Positions 51,490 through 63,908 of a stretch of 64,000 nt of DNA are shown here, one piece after another (within the stretch, counting starts at the first letter, position 1; each line of letters starts with the position of its first letter). This stretch comes from Eledone cirrhosa (lineage: Eukaryota). Under the pieces are notes generated by a model. That model saw only the letters and a program-made list of their open reading frames with translations, was not told the origin of the DNA and ran no database searches. The translations under genes were made by a program, and so were the position numbers. The stretch is taken from assembly GCA_964016885.1 (NCBI GenBank), contig OZ024762.1, positions 28,582,001 through 28,646,000 of the forward strand, given 5' to 3'.

Positions 51490-52812
51490 ATAGTTTCCAT
51501 TTGTTAATATTAAAAACATTACATCATTATTTGTCTGACAACCATCCTGTAAACATTGACAACCGTCCTGTAAACATGGACAATATGGGGAAAAATAAAC
51601 TGATTGATCAAGACCTCTGTAAACGCATTGTAGACCTTCATACAAATGGTGTTGGTTATAGAAAGATATCTTGTCAGTTAAATGTGCCATTGAGTTCAGT
51701 TGGTACAATAATTCGTCACTGGAAATATCATCATTCCATCTGTCCTCTAATTAGTTCTGGTTGTCCTAGAAAGATAAGGGAACGTGCAGCTCGGTTATTG
51801 ACGAGAAAGGTTGGCAACGAACCCCGGTGTACTCTTAAAAATCTTCAGGATGACCTAGAAGAAAGTGGAGTAAAAGTGAGCACAGATACAATTAGTCGTT
51901 CACTTCGTCGATATAATATCTTCTCGAGGTTTCCAAGGAAAACACCACTTCTTACGAGGAAACGCGTTCTTCGTCGATTAAACTTTGCAAATGAGCATCT
52001 CATCAAACCTGCGTCATTTTGGGAAGATGTACTTTAGTCGGACGAAACAAAAATTGAACTTTTTGGTCGAAATGCTGTGGCAAAAGTCTGGAGAAAGAAA
52101 GGTACTGAATATTCGCTGAAGAATACTATTCCAACTGTAAAATTTGGAGGTGGATCAATCATGGTCTGGGGTTGCTTTAGTGCCACAGGAGTAGGAAATA
52201 TTGAAATAATAGAAGGAAGAATGGGTGGCACTTATTATAGAGGTATTTTCCAAAGGAATTTACATCAAAGTGCACATTTTCTCAGCTTAAAGCCAGGTTG
52301 GTTTTTTCAACAAGATAACAATCCAAAGCATACTGCAAAGCTAACACAATCTTGGTTAAGTACGAATGGAATAAATGTTCTAAAATGGCCAAGTCAGTCT
52401 CCAGATCTTAACCCGATCGAAAATTTGTGGAGAGAATTCAAAAAAGGAAACCCCAAAATATCCCTGAACTAAAGAAAATTTGTTGTGAAGAATGGATAAA
52501 TATTAGCCAAGAAACCTGCAATAAGTTTGTAGGAGGCTACTCCAAACGCCCTACAGGCTGTAATTAGCAACAAAGGTTACGCTACGAAATATTAAGAGAT
52601 GATTTAATAAATGTGTTGTAAACTTTAGCGTTATAAAAATATTGATTTTTCTTCATGAGTTATTTCCTTGTTATTTTTTTAAAACTATGATTGTATCATT
52701 AAATGCCTCATTATATGTTCTATCAGTAGTTAAATTTTCATTACCCTAACTTTATTAAAAATACCTAAAACCACATTTTTTCTAATGTGTTGTAAACTTT
52801 TGCGGGGCACTG
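51490..52812 (+). mobile_element. Tc1 (DD34E) transposon, IR/DR type, defective, left TIR missing
   Basis: Transposase ~51585-52595 with HTH, SDET, QQDN and WPSQSPDLNPIE (34 residues between D and E). TAG at 52035 and a frameshift near 52450. Right end CACTG|TA; direct repeat AATGTGTTGTAAACTTT at ~52611 and ~52785. Confidence 0.93.
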
Positions 52813-52935
52813 TATTTTAAGAAATCCATACAATTGCGTGTGTATCGTAACTTTCATTGTAAAAAAAAAACAAAAAACAAATTCACTTGTCAGAAAATTT
52901 ACTTTCACTTTCACGAACGTTATTCTTAACGTATG

Positions 52936-52976
<41 letters not shown>

Positions 52977-54139
52977 CAGTGTATTGGATAATATCGCTGC
53001 TGTTTCTAGCAGTCAGTGAGACTACGCAGAGGTTCTCTTTGCTGAGTGATACTTTCTGATTTACAATCAATTAAATACGATTGGAACTGTGTCTGAAGGT
53101 ATTAAATTATATCAGGGACCTTTAACGTACGACACCGGTACGAGAGTTGAAACATTCCCAACGACACCGACTACCTGCTGTTTTCATATAACTTTAATTA
53201 ATCTAATTATATCTTGTCTAACAATTATATATATATACACACAATTTTCTTTCCCCGACATGTCATATCTATTCTTACTTTACAATTGTGTCTACTAAGA
53301 ATTCCATTACAATCTGTAGTAGTAAAACTACTATTTCACCAGGACATCTGCTATCAGTCATTTATAGACAATATATATATTTTAGACCTCATATCAACCT
53401 AATATATATATATTTCCTATCAAATCTGTAGCTAAAGACATAAAGTCAGCCTCACTACTTCATTCTGACAAGATATCAATTTATGACTAAAGATGAAGAA
53501 GATACACCAACGTTAAATAAAGCTGATAACATCTTTGAAACTTCTAATTTGATAACAAAGAGATTATTTCTTTGGTTGTTTAGTAAAACCTAACAACACA
53601 ACACATTGATTATATCTGAAGGAGGTAAGTTGATAAAGATTTACTTAATGTCTATATTAATGTGTGTAAATAATATAATTATGTGAACCCTACAACGATC
53701 TAGTAATTATATACAAGTGAAAATATATATAACATTAGAAAAATATATTTCTTCCTCCACTTTTATATATAGAAATAAAACTTCCAAACTGAAATGTTGA
53801 TGTGATATTTGGCGATACTTGATTTTAGTGTCCTAAATGATCATCATCGACTATCAGTTATTAGCTCCACCCACTTACACGAACGTCATCAGCTGCGGCG
53901 TCATTTTTACACGGAAAACATTGAATTTTTATAATAAATATTTATTAAAATATTAACAGAGAAAATTAGATTTTTGATTTATTTTTTTAACAAAATAAAT
54001 ATTTATTTACAGTTTTTCACAGAAAAACTGTTTCATTTTTACATTTTTAACAACAGAAAAAAAATTTCTTTAACTATATTGTTGCGATATACAGTTTAAC
54101 ATTGTTTCGAAACATTTACCTTCACCAGTTGGATACGTG

Positions 54140-54800
54140 GCATTGCGCCATCGTCACTCAACTCCCTTAAATACGACTAAAATAGTGGTCGGCTGATGCG
54201 TTTCAGTTTTTTTTTTTGGTATGAGACCACATCCCCTCAATATTTTGCGTGTGTGTACTTGATATGGGATCAACGAAATTTATCATTTCATATCATTTTA
54301 CGTCCGCTTTTCCCTGCTTGCAAGAGTGGGACAGGAACTGATTCTGGCTTGATTTCTACAGCTGGATGCCCTTCCTAACACCAACCTCATTTACAGTGAG
54401 TGCTGGGTGCTTTTTTTCCGTGGCGCCTCCACGTCCACTTTACAGTGTGGGCTGGGTGCTTTTTTTGCCGTGGCACCTCCACGACCACTCTACAGTGGAA
54501 TGATATGGACTCCCAGTCCTTATCATCTCATTTCTACAGCTGAGTAAACTGGAGCAATTTGAAATAAAGTGTCTTGCTCAAGGACACAACACATCACCCG
54601 GTCTGAGAATTGAACTCACAATCTTTCGATTGCAAGGCCAATGCTCTAACCACTAAGCTATGTGCTGCGAATGATTGACAGTCAGATGTGTATAACGACC
54701 AGGCAAATTTTGTATTTGATTGTATGCCCGCCACTCATCTGTATGGATCATCGATCCATTTGCACAGTGCCTTTCAATGAGAGGCAGCAGTCTCAGCAGT
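54140..54800 (-). mobile_element. Merlin (IS1595/ISXO2-like) transposase fragment interrupted by a SINE
   Basis: LLPLIERHCANGSMIHTDEWRAY..HLTVNHSQ (54800-54665) joins NFVDPISSTHTQNIEGMWSHTKK (from 54281 down) when the SINE is removed. Confidence 0.85.
54282..54665 (-). mobile_element. tRNA/CORE-like SINE with RTE tail (family B), internal duplication
   Basis: Reverse complement of 40577-40921 with a duplicated ACAGTG..CTGGGTGCTTTTT..GTGGC segment. Confidence 0.88.
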
Positions 54801-55507
54801 ACGATCAGGGATTTCATGTAGAAAAATATTGCTGTAAAAGAAATACTGTATATCGCAGCAATATATTTTTTCAAGAAATTTTTTTTCTGTTGTTAAAAAC
54901 TGTTTCGCAACAATATTTTTCTATTTTCTAATTTTCTCTGTTAATATTTTCGTTAGAACATATCTAGTTTCTTATCGTGGTCCGTCTGAATAAAAAGTGT
55001 TTAAATTTTAAACTTATTAAATAAGTTTCAATGTTATTAAAGTGTATATCGTAAGGAAGGGACAAATTATGAACACATGTTATTTTAAGGGTTAAACAAT
55101 GAAAACAACGGTTGTCTTTATGGTCTCTCTATATCACGGTTGGTTCTGGAACGTATCATGGCTTAGTGGTTGGAGCATTGGGCTTACTATTAAAAGGTGG
55201 TGAGTTCGATTCTCGGACCGGGTGATGTGTTGTGTCCTTGAGCAAGACACTTTATTTCACGTTGCTCCAGCTGTAGAAATGAGTTGTAATGTCACTGGTA
55301 CCAAGCTGTATCGGCCATAACCTTTCTCTTGGACATATATATAGTGTATATATACTGTAGACAGTGTACATAGTGTATATATATACGTTGTGACGTCACT
55401 GGTGCCAAGCTGTATCGGCCATTGCCTTTCTCTTGGACATCATATATAGTGTATAATATATACTGTATATAGTGTATATATACTGTACACAGTGTATATA
55501 TATGTAT

Positions 55508-56870
55508 ATCATCATCACTGTTTTACGTCCCTTCTTCCACGGTAGTATAGACAGGTTGTCCTGTTGTGGGCAGTGCCAGGTAGGGTGACCTTGTCTTGCT
55601 CAGATGGGAACTGATTTTGGCTTGATATCTCCAGCTGGATGCCCTTCCTAACACCAACCTCACAGTGAGTGATGGGTGCCTTTTTGTTGTGACACCTCCA
55701 CGGCCAATCTACAGTGGGTGGGGGTGGGGGCATATTGTCTATATGCTTCAGCTTCGGCTTGTACCCGGGGGTCAACACAACCTCCTCTCCTGCACACAGC
55801 ATTTGGTTCCTCTTATGCTCAGTCTCTCTCTCAATTTGTTAATGCTTTGCTCTTCGCGTATATTACTATTACACATCCATCGGAGCATGCAAGCTTTGTT
55901 TCTTTCTAATCTATGCAAGTCTCACTACTATGTAACATTGCTGTTCGAATGCACGCATCATACTGTCTGCCTTTCATTTTGAGGGAAAAGCCTTTTGCAG
56001 CTAGCAGTGGCAGTAGCTCCCTAAACTTCTTTTATCCCGTTGTTACTCTGGTTACTGTACTTTCAGAACACCTATCTCCGTTGCTTATTCGGTCACCTAG
56101 GTAGCAAAAGCTGTTTCTACAGAGCTCTCCCAGAGTTTGGTGATGCTTGTTTCTTTAGTTCTGCCATAGATTCAGCTATAAGTGTAAGATCATCCACATA
56201 GGAGTTCCTATGGGCATCCGGTCTTAAACTCCTGTGTTATAGCCTGCAATACTATAATAAACAGCAGAGGGCTAATAACAGAGCCCTGGTGGACACCGAC
56301 CTGTACTCTAAATTCCTCACTATAGTCATTGTTAACTCTAACTTTGCTGACTGCTCGCCTATACATGGCTTGTACAGCTTTCACAAGCCGTTCATCTACT
56401 CCTAGTTTTCTAAGAGCCGACCAGCTTATAACACGGGGCACTCTGTCGAAGGCTTTTTCCATATCGACAAAAGCCAGGTAGAGCAGCTTACTTTTAGCTA
56501 GGTACTTTTCCTGTAACTGCATCACAAGTAAGGGACTGGTCAGCGGTGCTTTTTCCTGGCACAAGCCCAAACTGCATCTCACCTAGTTTTACCCAGTCCC
56601 TGATCAAATGTGCTATGACTCTTTCCATTACTTTCATGACCTGGTCCATCAGCTTTATACCTCTATAGTTTCTTCTATCTAGTGCCTTTACCCTTGTAGC
56701 AGTTGACGATGATACTGCTGCACCAATCCTTTGGTATGACACCCTCTAGTATTACCTGGTTAACAATACGTGTTGTTATTACTTTATCTACCTATTTGTC
56801 AGCTAATAGTATACCTACACCACCCATGCCATTGTCATTTCCCACCCAGAAAAATTTATAGCACTGACTT
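55508..56870 (-). mobile_element. Degenerate RTE LINE, paralog of 35137-36440
   Basis: NYRGIKLMDQVMKVMERVI, FVDMEKAFDRVPR and VGVHQGSVISP motifs with frameshifts. Confidence 0.9.
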
Positions 56871-57206
56871 TTGCCTACAAGGACTCTAGCAGACTCTCCT
56901 CTCCACCTAGTCTCTTGCACACAGCATACGTCAATATCCTTTCACTCTAGCATGTCTATAATTTCTCCTTACCTTCCTTTCATTGTGCTTATGTTGATGC
57001 TGCCAACTCAGAGTTTTGGACATTTGCCATCATTTGTGGGAGAGGGTGAATTTTTGCAGGGGAGTGTGTATGCTTCCTGTCTCTGAATTAAAGGTTTGCA
57101 TGGGTGCTTGGTAACTCGAGGATTCATATTCATTTATTTATTCGGGGTTGTTCCATTTATCCTTTGCTCCTCCATAGATAACGGTAAACAAGAATTCTTT
57201 GGTCCA

Positions 57207-57650
57207 GGGCTAGTAGGACAGTAGTAGTAATGGCAGAGTTTGTTGGGGCTAGTAAGGGCTAGAAGGGCAGTAGTAGTAATGGCAGAGTTTGTTGGGGCTG
57301 GTAAGGACTAGAAGGACAGTAGTAGTAATGGCAGAGTTTGTTGGGGCTAGTAAGGGCCAGAAGGACAGTAGTAGAAATGGCAGAGTTTGTTGGGGCTAGT
57401 AAGGGCTAGAAGGACAGTAGTAGAAATGGCAGAGTTTGTTGGGGCTGGTAAGGTCTAGAAGGACTAGTAGTAATGGCAGAGTTTGTTGGGGCTAGTAAGG
57501 GCTAGAAGGACAGTAGTAGCAATGGCGGAGTTTGTTGGGGATGGTAAGGGCTAGAAGGACAGTAGTAGTAATGGCAGAGTTTGTTGGGGCTGGTAAGGGC
57601 TAGAAGGACAGTAATCGTAATGACAGAGTTTGTTGGGGTTGGTAATGGCT
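57207..57650. repeat. 49-bp minisatellite (~9 copies), paralog of 36773-37657
   Basis: Same unit as 36773-37657. No 39-bp variant run is present here. Confidence 0.95.
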
Positions 57651-58125
57651 AAGGACATGTTGTGGTTTGATTGGTCGAATAGCCTATGGTGATGAGTGGG
57701 AAATTGTGAGATAGGTAGCCATCTTGACATATATCATCACAGGAGATTCGGGGGAAATAAGCAGATATAAGTAGGCATATTAGACAAGGCAAATATGCAA
57801 GAATTTCGAAGATGGTCACCTAGCTTTGTAAACACCGAAATGAATGAGTGAGAGAAGGGGGGGGGATTAATGGTGGAGGTTAGGGATGAGTTTGTAGAGA
57901 AAGACACAATGTCCAACCTGGTTTATATCAAAAACAAGGTCGAAATATATACGTTGTGGAAACAAGTGAATGATAATAATAATAATGTAAACAGAATATT
58001 TTGAAATTGGGAAAGAGAGATAGCTGTAGAAAAGAAATAATCTATGGATGTCTGGGATATACGTTATATATATATGTTGTGATGTCACTGGTGCCAAGCT
58101 GTATCAGCCATTGCCTTTCCCTTGG

Positions 58126-58171
<46 letters not shown>

Positions 58172-58246
58172 GTTGTGATGTCACTGGTGCCAAGCTGTAT
58201 CAACCATTGCCTTTCCCTTGGACAACATATATATAGTGTATATATA

Positions 58247-58278
<32 letters not shown>

Positions 58279-58473
58279 TAGGTATAGGATTATCCAAGAT
58301 GTAGTGATGGTTAATTACTACACTGGATATGGTTGACGTACGGTAAGAGGTTACTCTACGAGTTATGGAAGAATTGTTCAAGAAACTTAGTTCCTGCTCC
58401 TTCAGTGTTCCGGAGTGTATATAAAGAATGAATAATAACAGGTTGACATCATAAAAAGGTAGTTTATTCCGTG

Positions 58474-58585
58474 TGCTTACAAGTGTTTCCACGTTGGTGC
58501 TGCAGCCTAGTTCCGCTACGTGCAAATTCACAAGTATTTGCAGAACTCGAATATCCAATGCTGTGACCACTGTTTCCTCAGAGCA
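58474..58585 (-). ncRNA. Type I hammerhead ribozyme motif with 85-nt stem II (element-sense LTR)
   Basis: Minus strand reads UGCU-CUGAGGA-[85 nt]-GAAA-CACUUG-UA-AGCA. Confidence 0.75.
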
Positions 58586-59077
58586 GAATGGTAAATATAC
58601 AATGTAAAAACCCTTAAGTGGGGTTGTTGGGGAAGATAGAGTGGAACAGGAAGAGAGAAAAGTAGGGAAGAAGGAGAGAGAAAGAAAGATATGCAGGGGT
58701 TGGAGAAGTATGAGAGAGTGGCTTGTAGATGTCTTAATCAAAATGTTATGGTAGGGGTTTTATTAGTTACTTTTGGAGAGATGCGTAGATAGTTGAGGTC
58801 GGAATTATTTATTGCCCCAGAGGGCAGGTTCATAAATGTTGAGAGGGAGGTAGGTCAAAGGTGAGAGAGAGAGAGTGTAATGGATGTAGAGAGAGATATA
58901 TAGGTAGAGAGGAGACAGATAAAGTATGTGTGGTGAGTGAACTTTTGGTTTTGTAGTAGTAATCTAGGAATTGTACTGAGTTACCATGTATAGTGATAAG
59001 CAGTGTATTGTCTTGTAGTGTGGGGGGAAGAGAAGGTTGTTAGCTAGAAAGTGGTGTTGTAGTTACGGGTTCGAATG

Positions 59078-60130
59078 TTAAGTTATTTTATAGTGAGAGA
59101 ATTTAGCTTTTAGTTTGTGGTTGCAGTATAATGATCGTTCAATTCTATCGTTAAGTAGTTTGTTTTGGGATTTTAGTATGTAAATTAGCTCAAGGTTACA
59201 TAACCTGCAGTACTTCAAACCACTCCGATATGCATTTGCGCTGGAAAGTATATCCCATTTTAAGGTGAACTGTTGGTTGTGTTCACGGAGTTGCCAGGTC
59301 TTGTTGGCGAGCGTGGTCACAAAGCGGTGATTCTGATGTTTGATTGAGAATCGATGACGGTACCAGCGAGATTTAAACGATGTGGTGGTAGATCCAATAT
59401 AATACCATTTCTGGTCGTCCGATTCAACCGTGCATTGGTAAACAATGTTGGACTTTAGGCATTCATTCTGCAATGGACATCTTTCAGGTAGATGGCAGTT
59501 ACATGCTTTGTTGTGGGTAGCGGGTACACCATGGATAGGTTGTGATAGCGGTACAGGTGGGTTGTGCAATACCCGTCTCCCATTTAGTGGTTGGGAGGCA
59601 GATATTGCGTTCTGCCTATCTGTTACTAAAATGTTTTGTTTTGTAGAGTTATTTAATTGCCTTAAGTTAAGTTTTTTTATGTATGCTTCAAGGTTTGGTG
59701 CCGTGGAGTATGATAGTCTAATAGTTTTGGAGTTCAGAATTTTGCTGTACTTATGGGAACTAGGGAAGTGTTTATTGATTAATTTAAAGAATGAAAGAGA
59801 TAGTTTTGTACTAATCGAGGCATTAAAAATAGGATTATACCAGATATACTTTCTACAACGTGATTTATTTGGTGGTGATCTTCTATTATTAGTATGTCTG
59901 GTAGTACAGTGTGTGTGTGCTTGTGTTTTAGTCCCCCGGTTACGTATACCTTGATTACGTGTAGAGCTATGTGTGTTGTGGAAATTACTATCGATGTATT
60001 CTATTGTATCCCGGTGGTCAGCATTCCTTAATGCATTATTGTAGTATTCAGCATGTTCGCTAAATATATCAGAGTTAGACGATAGGCGAGAGATTCTAAG
60101 AGAAATACTCCGGGGAACTGATTTGATCAT
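59078..60130 (-). CDS. Penelope RT thumb/linker plus GIY-YIG endonuclease (open 350-aa remainder of the element ORF)
   Basis: NIVYQCTV..YYIGSTTTSFKSRWYRH, upstream CNC..CPL..C and downstream CRLC..E..LN..C.H. Confidence 0.8.
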   Translation of the reverse strand: MIKSVPRSISLRISRLSSNSDIFSEHAEYYNNALRNADHRDTIEYIDSNFHNTHSSTRNQGIRNRGTKTQAHTHCTTRHTNNRRSPPNKSRCRKYIWYNPIFNASISTKLSLSFFKLINKHFPSSHKYSKILNSKTIRLSYSTAPNLEAYIKKLNLRQLNNSTKQNILVTDRQNAISASQPLNGRRVLHNPPVPLSQPIHGVPATHNKACNCHLPERCPLQNECLKSNIVYQCTVESDDQKWYYIGSTTTSFKSRWYRHRFSIKHQNHRFVTTLANKTWQLREHNQQFTLKWDILSSANAYRSGLKYCRLCNLELIYILKSQNKLLNDRIERSLYCNHKLKAKFSHYKIT

Positions 60131-61175
60131 GGAGAGTGGGTGGTTAGAGTTAAAGTCAATATACGTAAGGTTCTCATTTACCTTGTGGAAGGGTCGTATC
60201 TGTCCAGTATTCGTCTATGTCAAATTGTATAAACTTAGATTTATTCTTATTCTTAACATTATTAAACCAGCGAATTGCTTTGCTAGTGTTGCCCCATAAT
60301 TTAATTTCAATTTTCTTTTTCACTTGAGTTATTACTCTGTCAAGTATATGTTTACTAATTTTCCCTATGTCTGATTTAGAAGGGCATATAAGTCTAATCT
60401 TAGGGTTAGAGTCCAAATTTACCTTATGGTCCTTCAGGTTGAAGGTGGGGGTAGCGGGTATAATCGGCTCGGTTCTATCGTCTATCTTGAGATTCTTTAC
60501 CACTTTATATGCCTCGTTGTTAATATTTGCTAGCGTAGTTTCATTTGTTTTTCTATATTTTTTGTGTAGTTCGTTGCGTATGAAGTTATTATACGTATCG
60601 ATATCCATGGTATACACGTTCGAAGTCTTGTCAGCTTTCACAACAATTCCATTGGTATTTTGCAATCTTCGGAGTAGTGCTTTCATGTTGTTCTGCAGCT
60701 CATTATTTCTATGTCTGTTGAACTTAATGTTCATGGTAGTTTTCAATAAGTCCTGTTCGAAAGCTTATCACTATACATGGTAACTCAGTACAACTCCTAG
60801 AATACTACTACAAAACCAAAAGTTCACTCACCACACATATTTATCTGTCCCCTCTCTACCTATATATCTCTCTCTACATCCATTACACTCTCTCTCTCAC
60901 CTTTGACCTACCTCCCTCTCAACATTTATGAACCTGCCCTCTGGGGCAATAAATAATTCCGACCTCAACTATCTACGCATCTCTCCAAAAGTAACTAATA
61001 AAACCCCTACCATAACATTTTGATTAAGACATCTACAAGCCACTCTCTCATACTTCTCCAACCCCTGCATATCTTTCTTTCTCTCTCCTTCTTCCCTACT
61101 TTTCTCTCTTCCTGTTCCACTCTATCTTCCCCAACAACCCCACTTAAGGGTTTTTACATTGTATATTTACCATTC

Positions 61176-61287
61176 TGCTCTGAGGAAACAGTGGTCACAG
61201 CATTGGATATTCGAGTTCTACAAATACTTGTGAATTTGCACGTAGCGGAACTAGGCTGCAGCACCACCGTGGAAACACTTGTAAGCA
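61176..61287 (+). ncRNA. Type I hammerhead ribozyme motif with 85-nt stem II (inverted LTR copy)
   Basis: TGCT 61176, CTGAGGA 61180-61186, GAAA 61272-61275, CACTTG, TA, AGCA 61284-61287. Confidence 0.75.
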
Positions 61288-61765
61288 CATGGAATAAACT
61301 ACCTTTTTATGATGTCAACCTGTTATTATTCATTCTTTATATATATATATATATATGTTGTGATGTCACTAGTACCAAGCTGTGTCAGCCATTGCCTTTC
61401 CCTTGGACATCATATATAGTGTATATATATATTGTACACAGTGTATCTATAATATATATATTGTGTATATATACTGCACACAGTGTATATACAATATATA
61501 TATAGTGTATATATATGTAGTGATGTCACTGGTACCAAGCTGTATCAGCCATTACATTTTCCTTGGACAACATCGGTCGCGTGGAGAGGGTCGACCGGAA
61601 TACATGGGCAACTGCTGGTCTTCCTCAAACAACCAGATTTGTGCCTTGGAGGGGAACTGTCTAGTTGCAAATCACATGGTCATTCTTGATCGAGGGGGGT
61701 CTTCGATATTTTAGGTGTATATATAGTAATGTGTGTATATATCCTGTGTCGTCTTTGTGAAGTGT

Positions 61766-62013
61766 AATTGTGTGGGGTCAGCTTTTATCACCTCAAACTA
61801 GGTCTTCCTACTCCATAGCTTCCATCAATTGTGTGAGGTCAGCTTTTATCACCCCAAACTAGGTCTTCCTACTTCACAGCATCCATCAATTGTGTTAGGT
61901 CAGCTTTTATCACCCCAAACTAGGTCTTCCTACTTCACAGCATCCATCAATTGTGTGAGGTCAGCTTTTATCACCTCATCCCAGGTCTTCCTACTCCATA
62001 GCTTCCATCAATT
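61766..62013. repeat. 61-bp minisatellite, ~4 copies
   Basis: Same unit and same right flank (CAATTTTATAAAATG) as 25449-26231. Confidence 0.95.
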
Positions 62014-63908
62014 TTATAAAATGTCTGAAAACAACTTAGAAAAAATGAAAGTTGCTTAACCCTTTAACATTTACACTGGCCATAACTGACCAGAATTCTG
62101 TCCCCTTTTTCTCTTTTAAACTGGCTGTAACTGGCCACTCTTACTGATGTTAAGGTATTGTTCTCTAAATAATATCAAAACCTCATAGATTCGATATTAT
62201 GTAAGGTAATGACTTTACCATGGAAATATAATAGTATATATAGAATAATGTAAATGTTAAAGGGTTAAACCCTGAAGAAAGGACTTTTAGGTCCCGAAAT
62301 ATTGGACAAATAAAAGAACAACAACAAAAAAAAAAAAACAAAGATTACCAGGTAACTTTTACTTTTCCTTACCTCATCTTACAGTCCATTTTGCATTGTA
62401 TCTCTTTTAACGTTATATATTATATAGAATGTTTCAAGCAAACTACATTTTATTATATATCATCATCACCATCATCATTAAAAACACGTCCACTTTACAG
62501 TGTGGGCCGGGTGCTTGTTGGCCATGACACCTACCTCACTTTACAGTGTGGCGTGGGTACTTTTTGCCATGTCTTACGTGTCCTCTTTACAGTGTGGGCG
62601 GGTGCGTTTCTTTTAAACGTCCTGTGTGGGTGGGATATATATATATATGTAGGTATCATCACCATTTAGCATATATTTTTCCATTCTTGCATGGGTTAGA
62701 CGGGTCATCCACGCCAGGAGGCAAGTTTTAGCCAGGGTTGGCCATCTGTCGCACCTTGCTCAGGTGAGGTCTGTAAATTTAGTCGGGTATTTTACAGCTG
62801 GATTCCCTTCCTAACATGAACCATGTTTACAGTGTGGAACTGGATGGCTCTGTTATGAGGAGGGACAGGGCAGTTGGCTGCACTGAGCCCATCTCACAGG
62901 GGAACTATATTTTTGGGGGACCTGGTACTGGGTGCCACCACTGAAGAGGGGTAGCCAGTCAGCTGCTCCAAACCCATCTCACGAGGTTACCACAGTTTAG
63001 GGGCCTTGTACTAGATGATCCCGCTATAGTGATGGTGCAGCTGTAGTTTGACATAGCCTTGGTTTATATAAATAAATAAATATGACACAGGTATATTTCT
63101 ACAGTTTACCAATGTACCGTACTTACTGGCGCCAATAACGACCAATTTTAAAAAGAAAATAACAACCTTCGGCCTCCGGGACGTATGGTAGATTTTTGAG
63201 ACTTATTTTAGGGAAAAAGTAAGGTCTTCGATGCTGGGAAATGTGGTAACATTGTAAAATTTCCACTGTTAAATCTATCTCTGTATTTTAAGTATTCTCT
63301 ATTATGTCATACTGTTACTTTCTTACAAGTCCTATAAGATTGTATTTTTTGCTAAACTACCATAGAGCAGACCTCTGAAGAGATAGAAGGATATAATTTA
63401 TAGAGCATGCTGGAATACCACTACTTACATTGGAGAGAATAACTCTGGACAGAAAAATTGATATCTACAGTTTATCAATATAGAAATATAAAATTTCCAC
63501 TGTTAAATCTGTCTCTGCTTCTAAAGTATTCTCTATTATCTCATACTGTTTCTTTCTTATTTCAGAATATCAGATGAAATTTGGATAAATTATTATTTTC
63601 AATCTTGGATACATCACCTCTATTTATCATCATTTGAAGACTAAAACTTTCTTAACAGAACTTATATAACACTGTTTATATAAATCTCTCGTCGTATTGC
63701 TGTGAAATATTTCCTCAAAACAGTTTATTTTCATCACTATGAGATGGTTTTGTATTTTAACTAAACTTGGGTGAAAAAGAAGTTTGTATTATCTTCAGAT
63801 ATTAACTGAAATATAGTTGAGGGAAATATAGAAGAAGAAATATTTTATAAGAAATATAATATAAAAAATATTACAAGGAAAACATTTATATATTATGTTG
63901 AAGAAGAA

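Larger units (their letters stand above)
58280..61343 (-). mobile_element. Penelope-like retroelement, RT core deleted, with inverted partial LTR, inserted in (TA)n
   Basis: N-terminal RT motifs KADKT..RLICPSKSDIGKISK..FDID lie at 60746-60208, followed by the GIY-YIG ORF. 58418-59001 is a near-perfect inverted repeat of 60763-61343. Confidence 0.93.

Noticed and set aside
53886-53892. Minus-strand CTGATGA core
   Set aside because: No suitably placed GAAA or stems.
55390-55399. Perfect CRE palindrome GTGACGTCAC
   Set aside because: Part of the SINE body and decayed to GTGATGTCAC in most copies, with no evidence of function.
58253-61505. Twin 161/162-aa ORFs on opposite strands
   Set aside because: They only reflect the inverted LTR copies, with non-ATG starts and pyrimidine-rich composition.
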